Shown: positions 37,178 through 47,464 of the stretch, one piece after another | Layout of the letters: each line of letters starts with the position of its first letter | Numbering within the stretch: the stretch's first letter is position 1 | Assembly: GCA_020632395.1 (NCBI GenBank) | Contig: JACKFQ010000002.1 | Coordinates: 172,971-236,970 of the forward strand | Direction: 5' to 3' | Length of the DNA: 64,000 bases | Origin: Candidatus Nomurabacteria bacterium | GTDB taxonomy: Bacteria > Patescibacteriota > Dojkabacteria > SC72 > JAHDCA01 | Program-made: the position numbers and the translations under genes | The notes under the pieces: generated by a model | The model's database searches: none | What the model saw: only the letters and a program-made list of their open reading frames with translations | What the model was told of the DNA's origin: nothing

Positions 37178-38207
37178 CAAGTCTAGAAGCACTCTAAAGA
37201 CTATGTTCGTGATCCTTGTCCTATTTCTAACGATAGTAGGCGGAGGTATTTACTATGTTTACAAAACATACACTGACAATGTCAATCAACCACTAACAGA
37301 TCGAGATGATCTTATCGAGTTTGAGATACCAGAAGGAAGCTCAGTGGACGATGTCCTCAATTTGCTTGAAGATCTGGAGATCATGCCACCAAATAAAAGC
37401 AGTTCATTCAAAATATATCTTAAGATAAATGAACTCGAACAGCTCATCCAGGCAGGTTTGTTCAAGATCCCTATGAATTTGAATATGAAAGAACTTGCGA
37501 TCGAACTCCAGACTGCAGGCATACCAGATGTATGGGTCACATTACCCGAAGGGCTACGTTTTGATGAGATCTCAGAGATTTTAGCAGAAGAATTTGGTTC
37601 ACACGAAGGTTCTACATTCAGTAAACAGGAATTCGACCGTCTATCAACCGATCCTACATATATCAGTACCCTTCAACTACCCTTTACACCTGAGGGAGGC
37701 GATCCGATATCACTAGAAGGTTATTTGTTTCCTGACAGATATAGATTTCCGCTTGAAAGTACAGAGGAATTGGTGATAGAAACTATGCTGGATAATCTTC
37801 GAACCAAGATACCAGAAGACCTCACCTATCAGGATCTGATCTTGGCAAGTATGTTGGAGAGAGAGGGTAGAAATGCAGATGAGAGAGCTATGATCTCGGA
37901 TATCATAAGAAGAAGGTTGGATGAGGGGTGGTTCCTAAATATCGATGCGACGCTACTTTACTACTATAAAGATTGGAAACATGTTTTGACACAAGAAGAT
38001 CTCGATACTGACCATGAATACAACACTTATACACGAATAGGTATGCCACTAACACCAATCTGTAATCCCGGTGAGGTCGCGATCAACGCAGCTGTCAATC
38101 CTCGAACAAATGATTATTACTACTACCTACATGAAGATAATGGTATGATACACTACGCTAGAACTTGGGAAGAACATTCAGCAAATGTGAATACTTATCT
38201 ACGTTAG
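37137..38207 (+). CDS. mltG: Endolytic murein transglycosylase MltG/YceG family
   Basis: N-terminal TM MFVILVLFLTIVGGGIYYV. Conserved LILASMLEREGRNADERAMISDIIRRRLDEGWFLNIDATLLYY matches the YceG signature (ASIIEKE....ER..IA.V..NRL.......D.T..Y). The true start may be ATG 37203 (MFVILV..), which would avoid the 41-nt overlap with ruvX. Confidence 0.65.
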   Translation: METILNNYKTETDSKSRSTLKTMFVILVLFLTIVGGGIYYVYKTYTDNVNQPLTDRDDLIEFEIPEGSSVDDVLNLLEDLEIMPPNKSSSFKIYLKINELEQLIQAGLFKIPMNLNMKELAIELQTAGIPDVWVTLPEGLRFDEISEILAEEFGSHEGSTFSKQEFDRLSTDPTYISTLQLPFTPEGGDPISLEGYLFPDRYRFPLESTEELVIETMLDNLRTKIPEDLTYQDLILASMLEREGRNADERAMISDIIRRRLDEGWFLNIDATLLYYYKDWKHVLTQEDLDTDHEYNTYTRIGMPLTPICNPGEVAINAAVNPRTNDYYYYLHEDNGMIHYARTWEEHSANVNTYLR

Positions 38208-38219
38208 TAAAACTGCGCC

Positions 38220-39680
38220 ATGTCTCTATCTATCAACATCAATGACAGTAATAAAGTCATGCTGGAAAACAGAAATTTACCGTCTGATCCTGGGAACAAC
38301 AAGTCCCGATCCAGATCATCCATGAGTTCGAAAAAGAAGATCATTCTGGTGATCCTTGGTGTGATACTCTTGGTCGGAATAACAAGTTTTGGAAAGATCC
38401 TCGGATATACAAAAGATCTAGGTTTGAAGATCTCTGCCGGGGACATTATCTCCCCTATCAAAAAAGACCCCCAACTAAGAACTGACAGTTCAGGTATTAG
38501 GACAAATGCCTTGCTGGTTGGGATAGATACGAGAGAAACTAATCAAGGCTTGCAGAACACAGATACAATAATTGTTGCTTCATACAATAAGGAGCGCAAT
38601 GACGTTGAAATGATCTCTATACCAAGAGATACATACGTTGAGATCCCTGAAGCAAATTGGAACATCAAGATAAACGGAATATACAACAGGGCAGAGAATG
38701 AAGAGGAAGGAACTGGGCTTGAGGCACTAAAAAGTGTCGTTGAAGAGTATACGGGATTGGAGATACAGTATTATGTGATGGTGGATGTCAAAGCATTGAC
38801 CAATATTATCGATATTATGGGCGGAATTGAGGTTTATGTAGAAAATTCATTCACTGATTATGCTTACCCTGATGAAACAAACCCATATAGTGACTATCAG
38901 GTAGTGAGTTTTGATGCAGGTCCGCAGACAATGGATGGAGATACTGCAGTAAAATTTTCAAGGTCTAGAAAATCTTTAGATAACAATGAGGGCAGTGACT
39001 TTGCTAGGGCAAGAAGACAACAGAAAGTACTAGAAGCCATCAAGAACAAGTTACTCTCTACAGATACTTTCCTCGATCCTGACAAGCTTTATAGCATCCT
39101 TGCCGAATTACGAGACCACATAAAAGTATCTGAATTTACCAATGAAGATGTACAGGCGGGATTGCAACTTGCGTCTATTGCATCAGAGGTTAAGATATTC
39201 TCATTTGTCCTTGATCCATCTGTTGGTGGCGGGACAGTGCTTATAACAAATCAGATCCCGGATGCTTATTCGATATCACCTGCTGCAGGTTTAGGAGTTT
39301 ATAAAGATATTAATGAATTAGTCGGACTGTATCTCGAAGAACCGGAGATCTATGCTGAAGATGCTCTGATCTATGTCTATGATGTGGGGTTGGGATACCA
39401 AGAGGCCTATGACCTTACCACAGAGCTTTCAGAAAAATTCCCATACCTCAGGATAATCTTTAGAGGGACCTTATTTTCCGATAAAACAGGAAGTTATGTA
39501 TATTCAAATAGTGGAGATGATGAGTATGATGTGACAGCAAAGCGATTAGGTACGATCGTAGGAAGTAGAACCCATGATAGACCCGATTTTATTACCAACA
39601 GACTGAATGGTGAGGATGTAGTTATTCTTTTAGGCGGAGATCTGGTGACTGATACTCCTTCTGAAGAAAGCACACAGTAG
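38220..39680 (+). CDS. LytR-CpsA-Psr (LCP) family cell-wall polymer phosphotransferase, membrane-anchored
   Basis: TM IILVILGVILLVGITSF. LCP core NALLVGIDTRETNQGLQNTDTIIVASYNKERNDVEMISIPRDTYVEIP....KINGIY matches the family signature (LLLG.D.R......RSDT.ML......K...lSIPRD..V.IPG....KIN.A). Confidence 0.75.
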   Translation: MSLSININDSNKVMLENRNLPSDPGNNKSRSRSSMSSKKKIILVILGVILLVGITSFGKILGYTKDLGLKISAGDIISPIKKDPQLRTDSSGIRTNALLVGIDTRETNQGLQNTDTIIVASYNKERNDVEMISIPRDTYVEIPEANWNIKINGIYNRAENEEEGTGLEALKSVVEEYTGLEIQYYVMVDVKALTNIIDIMGGIEVYVENSFTDYAYPDETNPYSDYQVVSFDAGPQTMDGDTAVKFSRSRKSLDNNEGSDFARARRQQKVLEAIKNKLLSTDTFLDPDKLYSILAELRDHIKVSEFTNEDVQAGLQLASIASEVKIFSFVLDPSVGGGTVLITNQIPDAYSISPAAGLGVYKDINELVGLYLEEPEIYAEDALIYVYDVGLGYQEAYDLTTELSEKFPYLRIIFRGTLFSDKTGSYVYSNSGDDEYDVTAKRLGTIVGSRTHDRPDFITNRLNGEDVVILLGGDLVTDTPSEESTQ

Positions 39681-39751
39681 GATATGAGGATATGAGGATA
39701 TGAGGATACGAGGATATGAGGATATGAGGATACGAGGATGTGAGGATTTGA
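39680..39751. repeat. Intergenic tandem repeat: 9 copies of the 8-bp unit GGATATGA (variants GGATACGA, GGATGTGA, GGATTTGA)
   Basis: Direct reading of the sequence. It begins at the G of the LCP stop codon and ends 32 bp before the next start. Each unit contains GAGGA followed by ATG..TGA, giving SD-like plus mini-ORF iterations. The unit is not a multiple of 3. Confidence 0.9.
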
Positions 39752-39783
39752 CCCTTATGACAGATCTTATAGTAGTCTAATAT

Positions 39784-40734
39784 ATGAAGCTTTCCGAAAT
39801 GATCCGATTATTCCATGGGAAAAATTCATTTATTTCTTATCGAGAAGCTCGAACTTATATCGATGATGCCAAGAGCAAGGATCCGGATCGAGAATACCTA
39901 GAGATAGAAGCTGAGACTTTAGATATTTCTGAGATCGTCCAGACATACCAAACACACGGCATGTTCAGCACTAGGAAATTGATCTTTATTAAGCGACTAT
40001 ACCAAAGTAAAGAAAGATCAGTGATAACAGAACATCTGGTCAGTGATTTCCAAGATGAAGATCCTTCAATAGAGATAATTATCTGGGAATCTCAAAAGAT
40101 CCCTGCAAACACAAAGTACCTAAAATTCTTCAGATCATCGAATTCTGTATACGAATCTCCAGAGCTCAACAAGAGAACCTTCATAACCTGGGCGAAAGAA
40201 GAATGCATACGAGAATCCATAGATATCACAATTAAAGCTCTCCAAGAATTAGCCCAACGGTGTAATTTCGATCCAGAGAGATTTGTGAACGAAATAAAGA
40301 AGGTAAAACTTCTCTCTCTAAAGCACGTCGATATTGATGATATCCAGAAGATCTCAGCAGATACATTCGAATATGACATATGGAAACTGATCGACCATCT
40401 AAATGAGCATGACCGTCAGACCACTGCGGTGATCCTTGATAGGCTCCTTAAACAGAATGTAGACCCCCATTATATCCTTGCTATGATATACAGAAACACA
40501 AGATTGATAGTCCTTTGTAGAGATGTCATAGATGGTGGAGGTGATAGCCGTGATGTAGCAAAGACCTTAAAGATCCCACCTTTTACAGTTCCTTCAATAA
40601 TTCGAAGCTCCAAACAGGTAACTCGAAACGATCTGGTTAACTTGTATGAAAAGATGACAAATCTGGATTTCCAGATCAAGGTAGGAGCGATCGATGCTAC
40701 TATCGGATTAACCCTCCTCTCAACGATCTTATAA
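39784..40734 (+). CDS. holA: DNA polymerase III delta subunit (HolA)-like
   Basis: 316 aa. C-terminal region ILAMIYRNTRLIVLCRDVIDGGGDSRDVAKTLKIPPFTVPSIIRSSKQVTRNDLVNLYEKMTNLDFQIKVGAID follows the HolA domain III pattern (R..R.L......G.s...ia..l.i.pf.v.k....a..fs...L......L...D..iK.G). The N-terminus is a Rossmann-like AAA+ lid without a Walker A motif. Confidence 0.5.
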   Translation: MKLSEMIRLFHGKNSFISYREARTYIDDAKSKDPDREYLEIEAETLDISEIVQTYQTHGMFSTRKLIFIKRLYQSKERSVITEHLVSDFQDEDPSIEIIIWESQKIPANTKYLKFFRSSNSVYESPELNKRTFITWAKEECIRESIDITIKALQELAQRCNFDPERFVNEIKKVKLLSLKHVDIDDIQKISADTFEYDIWKLIDHLNEHDRQTTAVILDRLLKQNVDPHYILAMIYRNTRLIVLCRDVIDGGGDSRDVAKTLKIPPFTVPSIIRSSKQVTRNDLVNLYEKMTNLDFQIKVGAIDATIGLTLLSTIL

Positions 40735-40927
40735 CTATCTATATATATACGGGACAAGACCGACTCTCTAAGGTTTTATTCGAAGTACCAAATCCTATAT
40801 ACCTCAGTTCGAAGTGACCTTATTCGAAATACCACAATCTTAACTGTCCTCATTGAGTATAAATTCTCTATTACAAACGATATGGGATGTTTGAGCGAAA
40901 AAATGGCGAAGTGGATCAAAGTGGCTA

Positions 40928-43495
40928 CTACTTTAAGGTCAAAGGAGGTGGATTTGATTTGTTATCCTGTTGAGTACCGGGTTGGATTGCTAGATCAGCA
41001 CGCTTGCTCATCTCCTCGGCAACAATAGTAGCATCACGGCCATACTTCAGTTTCGACAATCTCTTGATCAGCTCTGCAACTTCCTTGTTCTTGGGAAGAT
41101 CGAAACCGGAATTGGGGTATAAAGGTCCGAATCCAGGATCCAAAGAGAACGGTGATGAATATTTCCCATCAGTGATCATTTTTACATAAGCATGGACATT
41201 GGGCTGATTTAGCAGATCGTTGGATGATAAAGTCGGCTCAAATTGCTTTTCGAGGAATTCTGCATCTTCGGGACCGACTCTTGCAACCATCATAGAACCG
41301 ACATTACCGAAAACAGCATCTCGAACCTTTTCAGGCATCTGAGCAATATACTGATTTGCCATAGTAAGGTTCAGATGGTATTTACGAGCTTCTGATAGGA
41401 TAGAAGCAAACTCATCAGTAGCAAAGTTCTGAAACTCATCAACGTAGAAGAAGAAATCTTTTCGGTCTTCCTCAGGGATATCTTGTCTACTCAACGCAGC
41501 ACTGACCAGCTTGGGGATCAACATGACTCCGAGGAACTGGGCATTTTCATCACCGAGTACACCTTTCGAAAGATTTATGATCAGGATCTTCCCGCTATCC
41601 ATTACTTCACGGAAATTGAATGATGACTCTGTTTGTCCGACAATATTTCGTATAGCCATGTTGGTCACAAATCGGTCAAACTTTGAAACTATATACCCTA
41701 GTGTTTCGGATTTTTGTTGTTCAGTTGTCTTGGCGATCTGATCAGTCCAATACCTTTTGACCAGATCATCTTTGATCAATGGAAGCCACTTCTCATTTAC
41801 CCACTTCTCATCTGTAAGGATCCTTACCACTTCTACTAGAGTAGAGCCTTTTTCAGACATAGCCGTAAGCATAGCGTTTCGAACAGCTCTTTCAAGGATA
41901 GGACCTACGATACCCTGTTCATTAGGGTCAAACAGCTTCTTTAGCATTCCGATAAATCCATTTACTACCCTATGTTTATCCTGCTCATTCTGATAATCCA
42001 TAAGATTAAAACCAAATGGTCTCTCAAAATCTCCTGCATTGAAATATATGACATCTTCGGCTCTCTCATGTGGGATCCTAGGGAGGATCATTTCAGCGAG
42101 CTCTCCGTGAGGATCCATTACGCATACACCATCACCATTATAGATATCCTGAATTATCATTCGTAAGAGTGACCAAGACTTACCAGAACCCGTTTGACCT
42201 ATCACATACATATGCCTGCGTCTGTCATCACGTTTGAAGCAAACCGGTTTAGTTTTCCCCAGATATACATTATTTCCTAACCAAACAGTATCAGGCGAGT
42301 TTATGTCCGAATCTACCCAATGTGCAGCAGGAACCTCACGTGATAGCAACCAGTTGATGTTCGGGATCTGGATATTCTTATTTGGGAAGTGATAGAGACC
42401 TGCAAGCTCTTCGACATTGAGGACAGTCTTGGTACTAAGTGGCATACGGCGATATATGACATTGTGCATGAACTCTCTTTCGTCTGAGGTACGAATATCT
42501 GCTTTTTTCAAAGTATTGATACCTGGGTTGGAGAATTGATCAAAGGCACCTATGATATTTGTCACATGCATTTTTGCGATCTCTGTTTCAGGAGCACTCG
42601 CAACTACTCGAATTGCAGCATTAAACCCTATCTTCCCTGACTTTTTAGCAATAGCTTGAAGTTGTTCCTGACTGACGCTGATCCTTTTTTTCTCAGGGTC
42701 TGCATTGTTGCTCTCCACTTTACCTACAAATTTCCGTCCAGCTTTCTGCCATCCCGAATCCGCAGGAGAGAGTACTATCTGTATCAAAGCACCCTCCTTA
42801 TCTCCCATCTTCCCTAGAGATGAGAGGATGTTTGCAAGTGGATCACCTTTAAAATCCTCAGCAACCTTGATCGGATAGTATCGCTCATCTGTGAGATCTA
42901 ACTGGGTGAATGCAACCTTACCTTCTTCATGAAAAATATTATGTTCATCAACTACTGATACCTCTGCATCCTGATATGAACCTAATATCTGTTTCTCTAC
43001 AAGATTTGCCAGTTTCTTTGGGGAATACACAAAAAACCTTATCTCCCCAGGAAGTCCGATGACCTCAAAACTGATACTATTTTTGACTGTGATATGTTTC
43101 TTAAGACCCTTTCCAGCTCCGCCGATCCCATAAAGATTGGCAAACATCTGCTCTGCGACCCCGATCTCTATCTCATTTCCTTTTGGAACTTTTACCTCAA
43201 AGAGTATACCTTCCTTAGTCTTTTCTTCTCGATCTTTCTTTTTTAGATAATTTGAATACAAATATGCAGAAAGACCAGCAACTCCAGCGAGCAGAAGAAT
43301 GAAAACTACAACAAGTATCAAGAGCCCTATCGAAAAGCCCCCTTGATCTGGCTCATATGGGTTATCCGGGTATGTGACATCTTGACCCGGAGTAATATCA
43401 TTACCACCAGGAATCGGAGGTCCTGCTTGTGTTAGTAGGATCTCATCGGATGAATCTATAAATGTAATTAGTGGGACAGTACTTATCATTATCAA
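40928..43495 (-). CDS. T4SS coupling-protein-like ATPase (VirD4/TraD/TraG-type, FtsK/HerA superfamily) with N-terminal membrane anchor
   Basis: TM GLLILVVVFILLLAGVAGLSAYLY. Walker A YVIGQTGSGKSWSLL. Walker B FFFYVDEFQNFATDEF. Then SEARKYHLNLTMANQYIAQM (the coupling-protein RK.G..l.laTQ motif). 855 aa with an extra N-domain of about 400 aa. Confidence 0.55.
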   Translation of the reverse strand: MIMISTVPLITFIDSSDEILLTQAGPPIPGGNDITPGQDVTYPDNPYEPDQGGFSIGLLILVVVFILLLAGVAGLSAYLYSNYLKKKDREEKTKEGILFEVKVPKGNEIEIGVAEQMFANLYGIGGAGKGLKKHITVKNSISFEVIGLPGEIRFFVYSPKKLANLVEKQILGSYQDAEVSVVDEHNIFHEEGKVAFTQLDLTDERYYPIKVAEDFKGDPLANILSSLGKMGDKEGALIQIVLSPADSGWQKAGRKFVGKVESNNADPEKKRISVSQEQLQAIAKKSGKIGFNAAIRVVASAPETEIAKMHVTNIIGAFDQFSNPGINTLKKADIRTSDEREFMHNVIYRRMPLSTKTVLNVEELAGLYHFPNKNIQIPNINWLLSREVPAAHWVDSDINSPDTVWLGNNVYLGKTKPVCFKRDDRRRHMYVIGQTGSGKSWSLLRMIIQDIYNGDGVCVMDPHGELAEMILPRIPHERAEDVIYFNAGDFERPFGFNLMDYQNEQDKHRVVNGFIGMLKKLFDPNEQGIVGPILERAVRNAMLTAMSEKGSTLVEVVRILTDEKWVNEKWLPLIKDDLVKRYWTDQIAKTTEQQKSETLGYIVSKFDRFVTNMAIRNIVGQTESSFNFREVMDSGKILIINLSKGVLGDENAQFLGVMLIPKLVSAALSRQDIPEEDRKDFFFYVDEFQNFATDEFASILSEARKYHLNLTMANQYIAQMPEKVRDAVFGNVGSMMVARVGPEDAEFLEKQFEPTLSSNDLLNQPNVHAYVKMITDGKYSSPFSLDPGFGPLYPNSGFDLPKNKEVAELIKRLSKLKYGRDATIVAEEMSKRADLAIQPGTQQDNKSNPPPLTLK

Positions 43496-43551
43496 ATTTC
43501 AAAAGAGTTCTTGCTTAAGAATATCACAGCGTGGCTATTGATGCACCAGTT

Positions 43552-44244
43552 CTATGATTGGTTGAATGCAGCCCAGATCTTCAATATGATATTTGCAGCC
43601 CATGTTTTCGAACTGTCTGGATCTCCTTGACTACTTACTTGTACAGTACGAAGGAATTGTTGACTAGGTTGATAACCGGCCAGCCTTGGAACATTCATAT
43701 TATTTGTAAATGTTGCACCTGACTCATCTTGTATCCTTTTCACATCTTCCGGACTCTGGACACTCGTTTCATCCTCCGCAAGCTCAACCTGTTGAACTCT
43801 CTCTTTCAGTGCATCAAACCTCTTTTCTACTTCAGACCTCTGATTGATCAAAACCTCACCACCAGGGACTTGAGCTTTTTCATGCTGTTTATCTGGAGAA
43901 GTAGAACCTATATTTCCTTCGACCTGATCTACAAACTGTTCAAATTCGGGTCGTCCTGCAACTGTTAGAGTAGATCCTTCACCTTTTGGTAAGATCTCGT
44001 GAGAGAACAAGAATTCCAGTTTCTGCTGAACGTTCAATGTCGACCATACACTTTCAGGAACGACACCGTACAATCGCTTGGGAAGTGTATCGATATCTAA
44101 AAGGATACCTCTCTGTTCGTAGGTCAATTTTCCCCACATCTCTATACTAACAAGGGTAGAGAGCCTTTCTGGTGGGACATCCAACCTTTTTCGAGCATCC
44201 TGCTCTAATATCTGCTCTTTTGTTACTAATTTTTGATCTGCCAT
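43552..44244 (-). CDS. Hypothetical protein (230 aa), acidic and helical; adjacent to the coupling ATPase
   Basis: Complete ORF with no motif I recognise. Its position suggests a possible T4SS accessory role; this is inference only. Confidence 0.4.
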   Translation of the reverse strand: MADQKLVTKEQILEQDARKRLDVPPERLSTLVSIEMWGKLTYEQRGILLDIDTLPKRLYGVVPESVWSTLNVQQKLEFLFSHEILPKGEGSTLTVAGRPEFEQFVDQVEGNIGSTSPDKQHEKAQVPGGEVLINQRSEVEKRFDALKERVQQVELAEDETSVQSPEDVKRIQDESGATFTNNMNVPRLAGYQPSQQFLRTVQVSSQGDPDSSKTWAANIILKIWAAFNQS

Positions 44245-44300
44245 TTTTTATAATTGCCTGATCTCAATGGTCGAACTCGACCACACGCATAAGCTAGGCG

Positions 44301-44759
44301 TTATTTTACCATAAATGAGCGTCTCTCTCTATGCAACTCTCTTTCCAGATCCCTTTCTTTGATCCTCTTTTTCTTCTCATACGATCTTTTACCTTTTCCT
44401 AAACCTATCTCTAGCTTTACCATACCTCTTGCTAAAAATACGGATAAAGGAACGATCGTCATTCTATCACTTTCAGCTTTACGTTGTAATTCCCTCAATT
44501 CAGCCCTTTTTAATAGTAGTTTTCTACTTCTAAACGGGTCGTATCCCTCAACAGTTGCATATTTATATTTTGGGATGTCGGCATTCCACAAAAATGCTTC
44601 TCCACCAATTATCTTAACAAATGAATCAGAAATGTTCACTTGACCACTCTTGATCGCTTTGACCTCTGATCCGAGTAGTTGAATACCAGCTTCGTACTTT
44701 TCCTTGATCTCATAATTGAAATAGGCTTTCTTATTTTTGGTTATCAATTTGATTCCCAT
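44301..44759 (-). CDS. smpB: SsrA-binding protein SmpB
   Basis: KKAYFNYEIKEKYEAGIQLLGSEVKAIKSGQVNISDSFV...GYDPFRSRKLLL...EIGLGKGKRSYEKK is a canonical SmpB. Length 152 aa. Confidence 0.9.
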   Translation of the reverse strand: MGIKLITKNKKAYFNYEIKEKYEAGIQLLGSEVKAIKSGQVNISDSFVKIIGGEAFLWNADIPKYKYATVEGYDPFRSRKLLLKRAELRELQRKAESDRMTIVPLSVFLARGMVKLEIGLGKGKRSYEKKKRIKERDLERELHRERRSFMVK

Positions 44760-47464
44760 TATCGTAGTTTTACAGACCAGATCGTTGGCCCATCAAGTAT
44801 GTATAGCCTCGTTTCACCGGTATCAACCACGATATCTGAGACTGAAGAGAATGCAGAATCCCTCTCCCCCCGATAAACCAGACGTGACCTGAGAACCATT
44901 TCTCCCGGATGAAGTCCTGTTGTCTCATCAGGTTTCTCAAATGTCATTATTGAATCTCTATCAGTTTCAAATAGGTATAACTTATATTCGAGATTGATCC
45001 CTGCATACCCTGCTGTTACAGGCCCTATATCCCCTCTCAAGCCACTGATAGACCAAGGGTCTAGGATATATCCACCAACATCACGATTAAAATAGTATCG
45101 ATTGAATGTAGGACTCTCTGTCGAGAGCACATAACCGCTGAAATCTGCAAAGAAATCTGTAGGTACGAGGTTCTGATCCAATTCGAGAAATCGTGAAGCA
45201 AATCCGTACGAACCTGATGAGTATCTGACCGATCTATAAACTGCCAAAGACTTTGCATCAAGCAAATACACAAAGTCGTCCCCTCCTAAGATCGCAAATT
45301 CTGTTATATCCTCGATATTTTGGTCATCCAGATCATCACGTGTAATTCCACTTAATGCAACAAATGACCCTATATCAGATGCACCATTAGAATACGGTGC
45401 CATCAGAACACCAGAGATATCATCATAAACATAAACTCCATCATTCCCAACATCTACATACATCGGTGCCTGAAGAAGACCTTTCTCATCAGGGATTTTT
45501 GAGATAGTTCCAGTGCTGAGATTGTATCTATGTACAGTCTGTAAACCCGGATCAGTGATAAGCAGATACTCGACCAGGTTATCATCACTATATATCGCAA
45601 TATCAGAAGGTGTTTGAGAATTAGTACCTGCGAGAAGATCTTCAAGGACAGAAATGTTACCAGCTGATTCAGAAAGGATAGTAACTTTGTCCAATATGTC
45701 ATAAACTCCTAGAACTGAACCTTCAACCTGAGACAGGAGTTCTTGGTCTTTTTCATTTAATTTGCTTCTATCAAACCCTCCCTCTTCCAATTTCTTTTCT
45801 ACAGACAATAGTTTTAATTGTGCCTGTTCTGGATCTGTCTTTGCCTCTTTGTTTGCCTTTTCCAAGAGGGCAGAAACCTCGTCATAGATCGACAAGAACT
45901 GCTGGTGTACAAGACTTTTTTCTCTTACGTCTTTTGCAGCATTATATCCTGCATAAAGAGCTACGAGTACAAGAACAGTAGAGCCAAGAATGATAAATCT
46001 TTTGTTCCTCAGATTTTTTGTTCTGTAATCTCCTAAACGCATCTTCCTGATATCTGGAGTACCTATCCTAGTCTGCGAGAACTTAGCCCTCAACCGTTTG
46101 AACCAAACCTTCCTTCCATACCGATTTACTAAATACCGGTTGACCCATGCCTTCAGATTAGAGATCACTCTCGAAATGAATTTCTTAGTCCTTAACAGTA
46201 GTGGCATAAGGAAAGTTATGGTGTTTCGGACAAATTTCTTAATATAGAATAAAACCTTTGCAAATGCTGTTGTTGGTATTGGTTCAATAGGTTTGGCAAA
46301 CAAACCATCTGACATAGTTCGTGGTGAAGTGTCAGTTTTTTCAAGGGTATCCCCATGAGAGAGTCCGTTCAAGACACGATCTTCTGCCTCAGATTCATCT
46401 GTATCATACTTTCGCTGACCGACCTTATTGATATTTGCATCCTCATAGCTATTAGACGAAGCAACCTCATCATCTCTGATATCATGACCTTTCTGAACAG
46501 ATGAGAGAGGGATTTCGCTTGTTTTATCAACATCTGTAATGACTGTTTCAGTAGATAAGTTTTCTGTTTCTGATAGAGAGTCGTGTTCCACAGGATCATT
46601 ATCATCCCCTTCAAATTCTGTATATTCCATCATACCCACAGGTGTTTCTTCACTCTGCTCATCTGTAGATGAGAGATCTACTGGTTTAGTTTGCTCAAGG
46701 CCATGAACTTCTTCATGATCTTCATTAACTTCAGCACCTTCTTTATCTTCAGTCTCTTCATTATCTTCAGATAATGACACCACCTCGATCTCTACATCAG
46801 ATACTCCTTCTGCTTCTTTTTCAAATAGAACTACAGTTTGCAGATCAACACCTGTAGATGCAGAAACACATCCTTCACCTAATTCAAACTCGTGAGAATC
46901 GAGTAGTTGCATCATCCCAACAGGTGTGTGTATATCGGTGATATTGAGCTTACCGAGATAGTTTGGTGAAGAAAGCATTAGCACATCATCATCGCTTAGT
47001 TGAGTGCTACCTGTTTGTACATTGTTTTCTTTCAATAACGATGTGACATCCACTAACTCCATCTCATGAAGTATATGAATTTTGGATCCTCCCAGAAAAC
47101 CGAAGTATAGATTATTATCCTGATAGTGACAGGTTATGATATCAAGTTCCACACCATTAGAGGCATCCTCATCATTCTTGATCAACTCTAAAAGCTTTCT
47201 TTGTGCCTCCTCCAAGATCAGCTTCATCACTGATACACTACCCCCATCGTGTTGCATAAACTCGTCTAAGACGCCATTCCAAACAAAACGTGCGATATTA
47301 GATGCATCCAGATCTCCCGGACTATGTACAGATACTAAACCAAGCAAATATCCCCTAGCTGTATCTCCAGGGTCGAAGTGGTGAAAAGCACTTGTGACAC
47401 GATCCCCTCCCGCACTGCGAGAGAGAAAATCCTTTATGTATACTTTCATACTACTATTATGCAA
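44759..47464 (-). CDS. Large hypothetical protein (901 aa): cytoplasmic N-domain, acidic linker, single TM, extracellular beta-rich C-domain
   Basis: TM near residue 480 (FIILGSTVLVLVALYAGY). Acidic low-complexity region (EDKEGAEVNEDHEE...). The C-terminal half is rich in aromatic/Gly turns suggestive of beta-propeller/beta-sandwich repeats. No catalytic motif recognised. Confidence 0.45.
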   Translation of the reverse strand: MHNSSMKVYIKDFLSRSAGGDRVTSAFHHFDPGDTARGYLLGLVSVHSPGDLDASNIARFVWNGVLDEFMQHDGGSVSVMKLILEEAQRKLLELIKNDEDASNGVELDIITCHYQDNNLYFGFLGGSKIHILHEMELVDVTSLLKENNVQTGSTQLSDDDVLMLSSPNYLGKLNITDIHTPVGMMQLLDSHEFELGEGCVSASTGVDLQTVVLFEKEAEGVSDVEIEVVSLSEDNEETEDKEGAEVNEDHEEVHGLEQTKPVDLSSTDEQSEETPVGMMEYTEFEGDDNDPVEHDSLSETENLSTETVITDVDKTSEIPLSSVQKGHDIRDDEVASSNSYEDANINKVGQRKYDTDESEAEDRVLNGLSHGDTLEKTDTSPRTMSDGLFAKPIEPIPTTAFAKVLFYIKKFVRNTITFLMPLLLRTKKFISRVISNLKAWVNRYLVNRYGRKVWFKRLRAKFSQTRIGTPDIRKMRLGDYRTKNLRNKRFIILGSTVLVLVALYAGYNAAKDVREKSLVHQQFLSIYDEVSALLEKANKEAKTDPEQAQLKLLSVEKKLEEGGFDRSKLNEKDQELLSQVEGSVLGVYDILDKVTILSESAGNISVLEDLLAGTNSQTPSDIAIYSDDNLVEYLLITDPGLQTVHRYNLSTGTISKIPDEKGLLQAPMYVDVGNDGVYVYDDISGVLMAPYSNGASDIGSFVALSGITRDDLDDQNIEDITEFAILGGDDFVYLLDAKSLAVYRSVRYSSGSYGFASRFLELDQNLVPTDFFADFSGYVLSTESPTFNRYYFNRDVGGYILDPWSISGLRGDIGPVTAGYAGINLEYKLYLFETDRDSIMTFEKPDETTGLHPGEMVLRSRLVYRGERDSAFSSVSDIVVDTGETRLYILDGPTIWSVKLR

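Noticed and set aside
40735-40927. Short direct repeats (ATTCGAA/TTCGAAGT x3) in the holA-VirD4 intergenic region
   Set aside because: Only 7-8-bp matches with irregular spacing. No inverted-repeat partner and no adjacent integrase or recombinase to suggest an att or IS end.
44245-44300. Possible tmRNA (ssrA) next to smpB
   Set aside because: The spacer contains a GGTCGAACTCGACC palindrome. There is no T-arm with a 7-nt TTCRANY loop, no acceptor stem and no tag-peptide reading frame. smpB and ssrA need not be adjacent.
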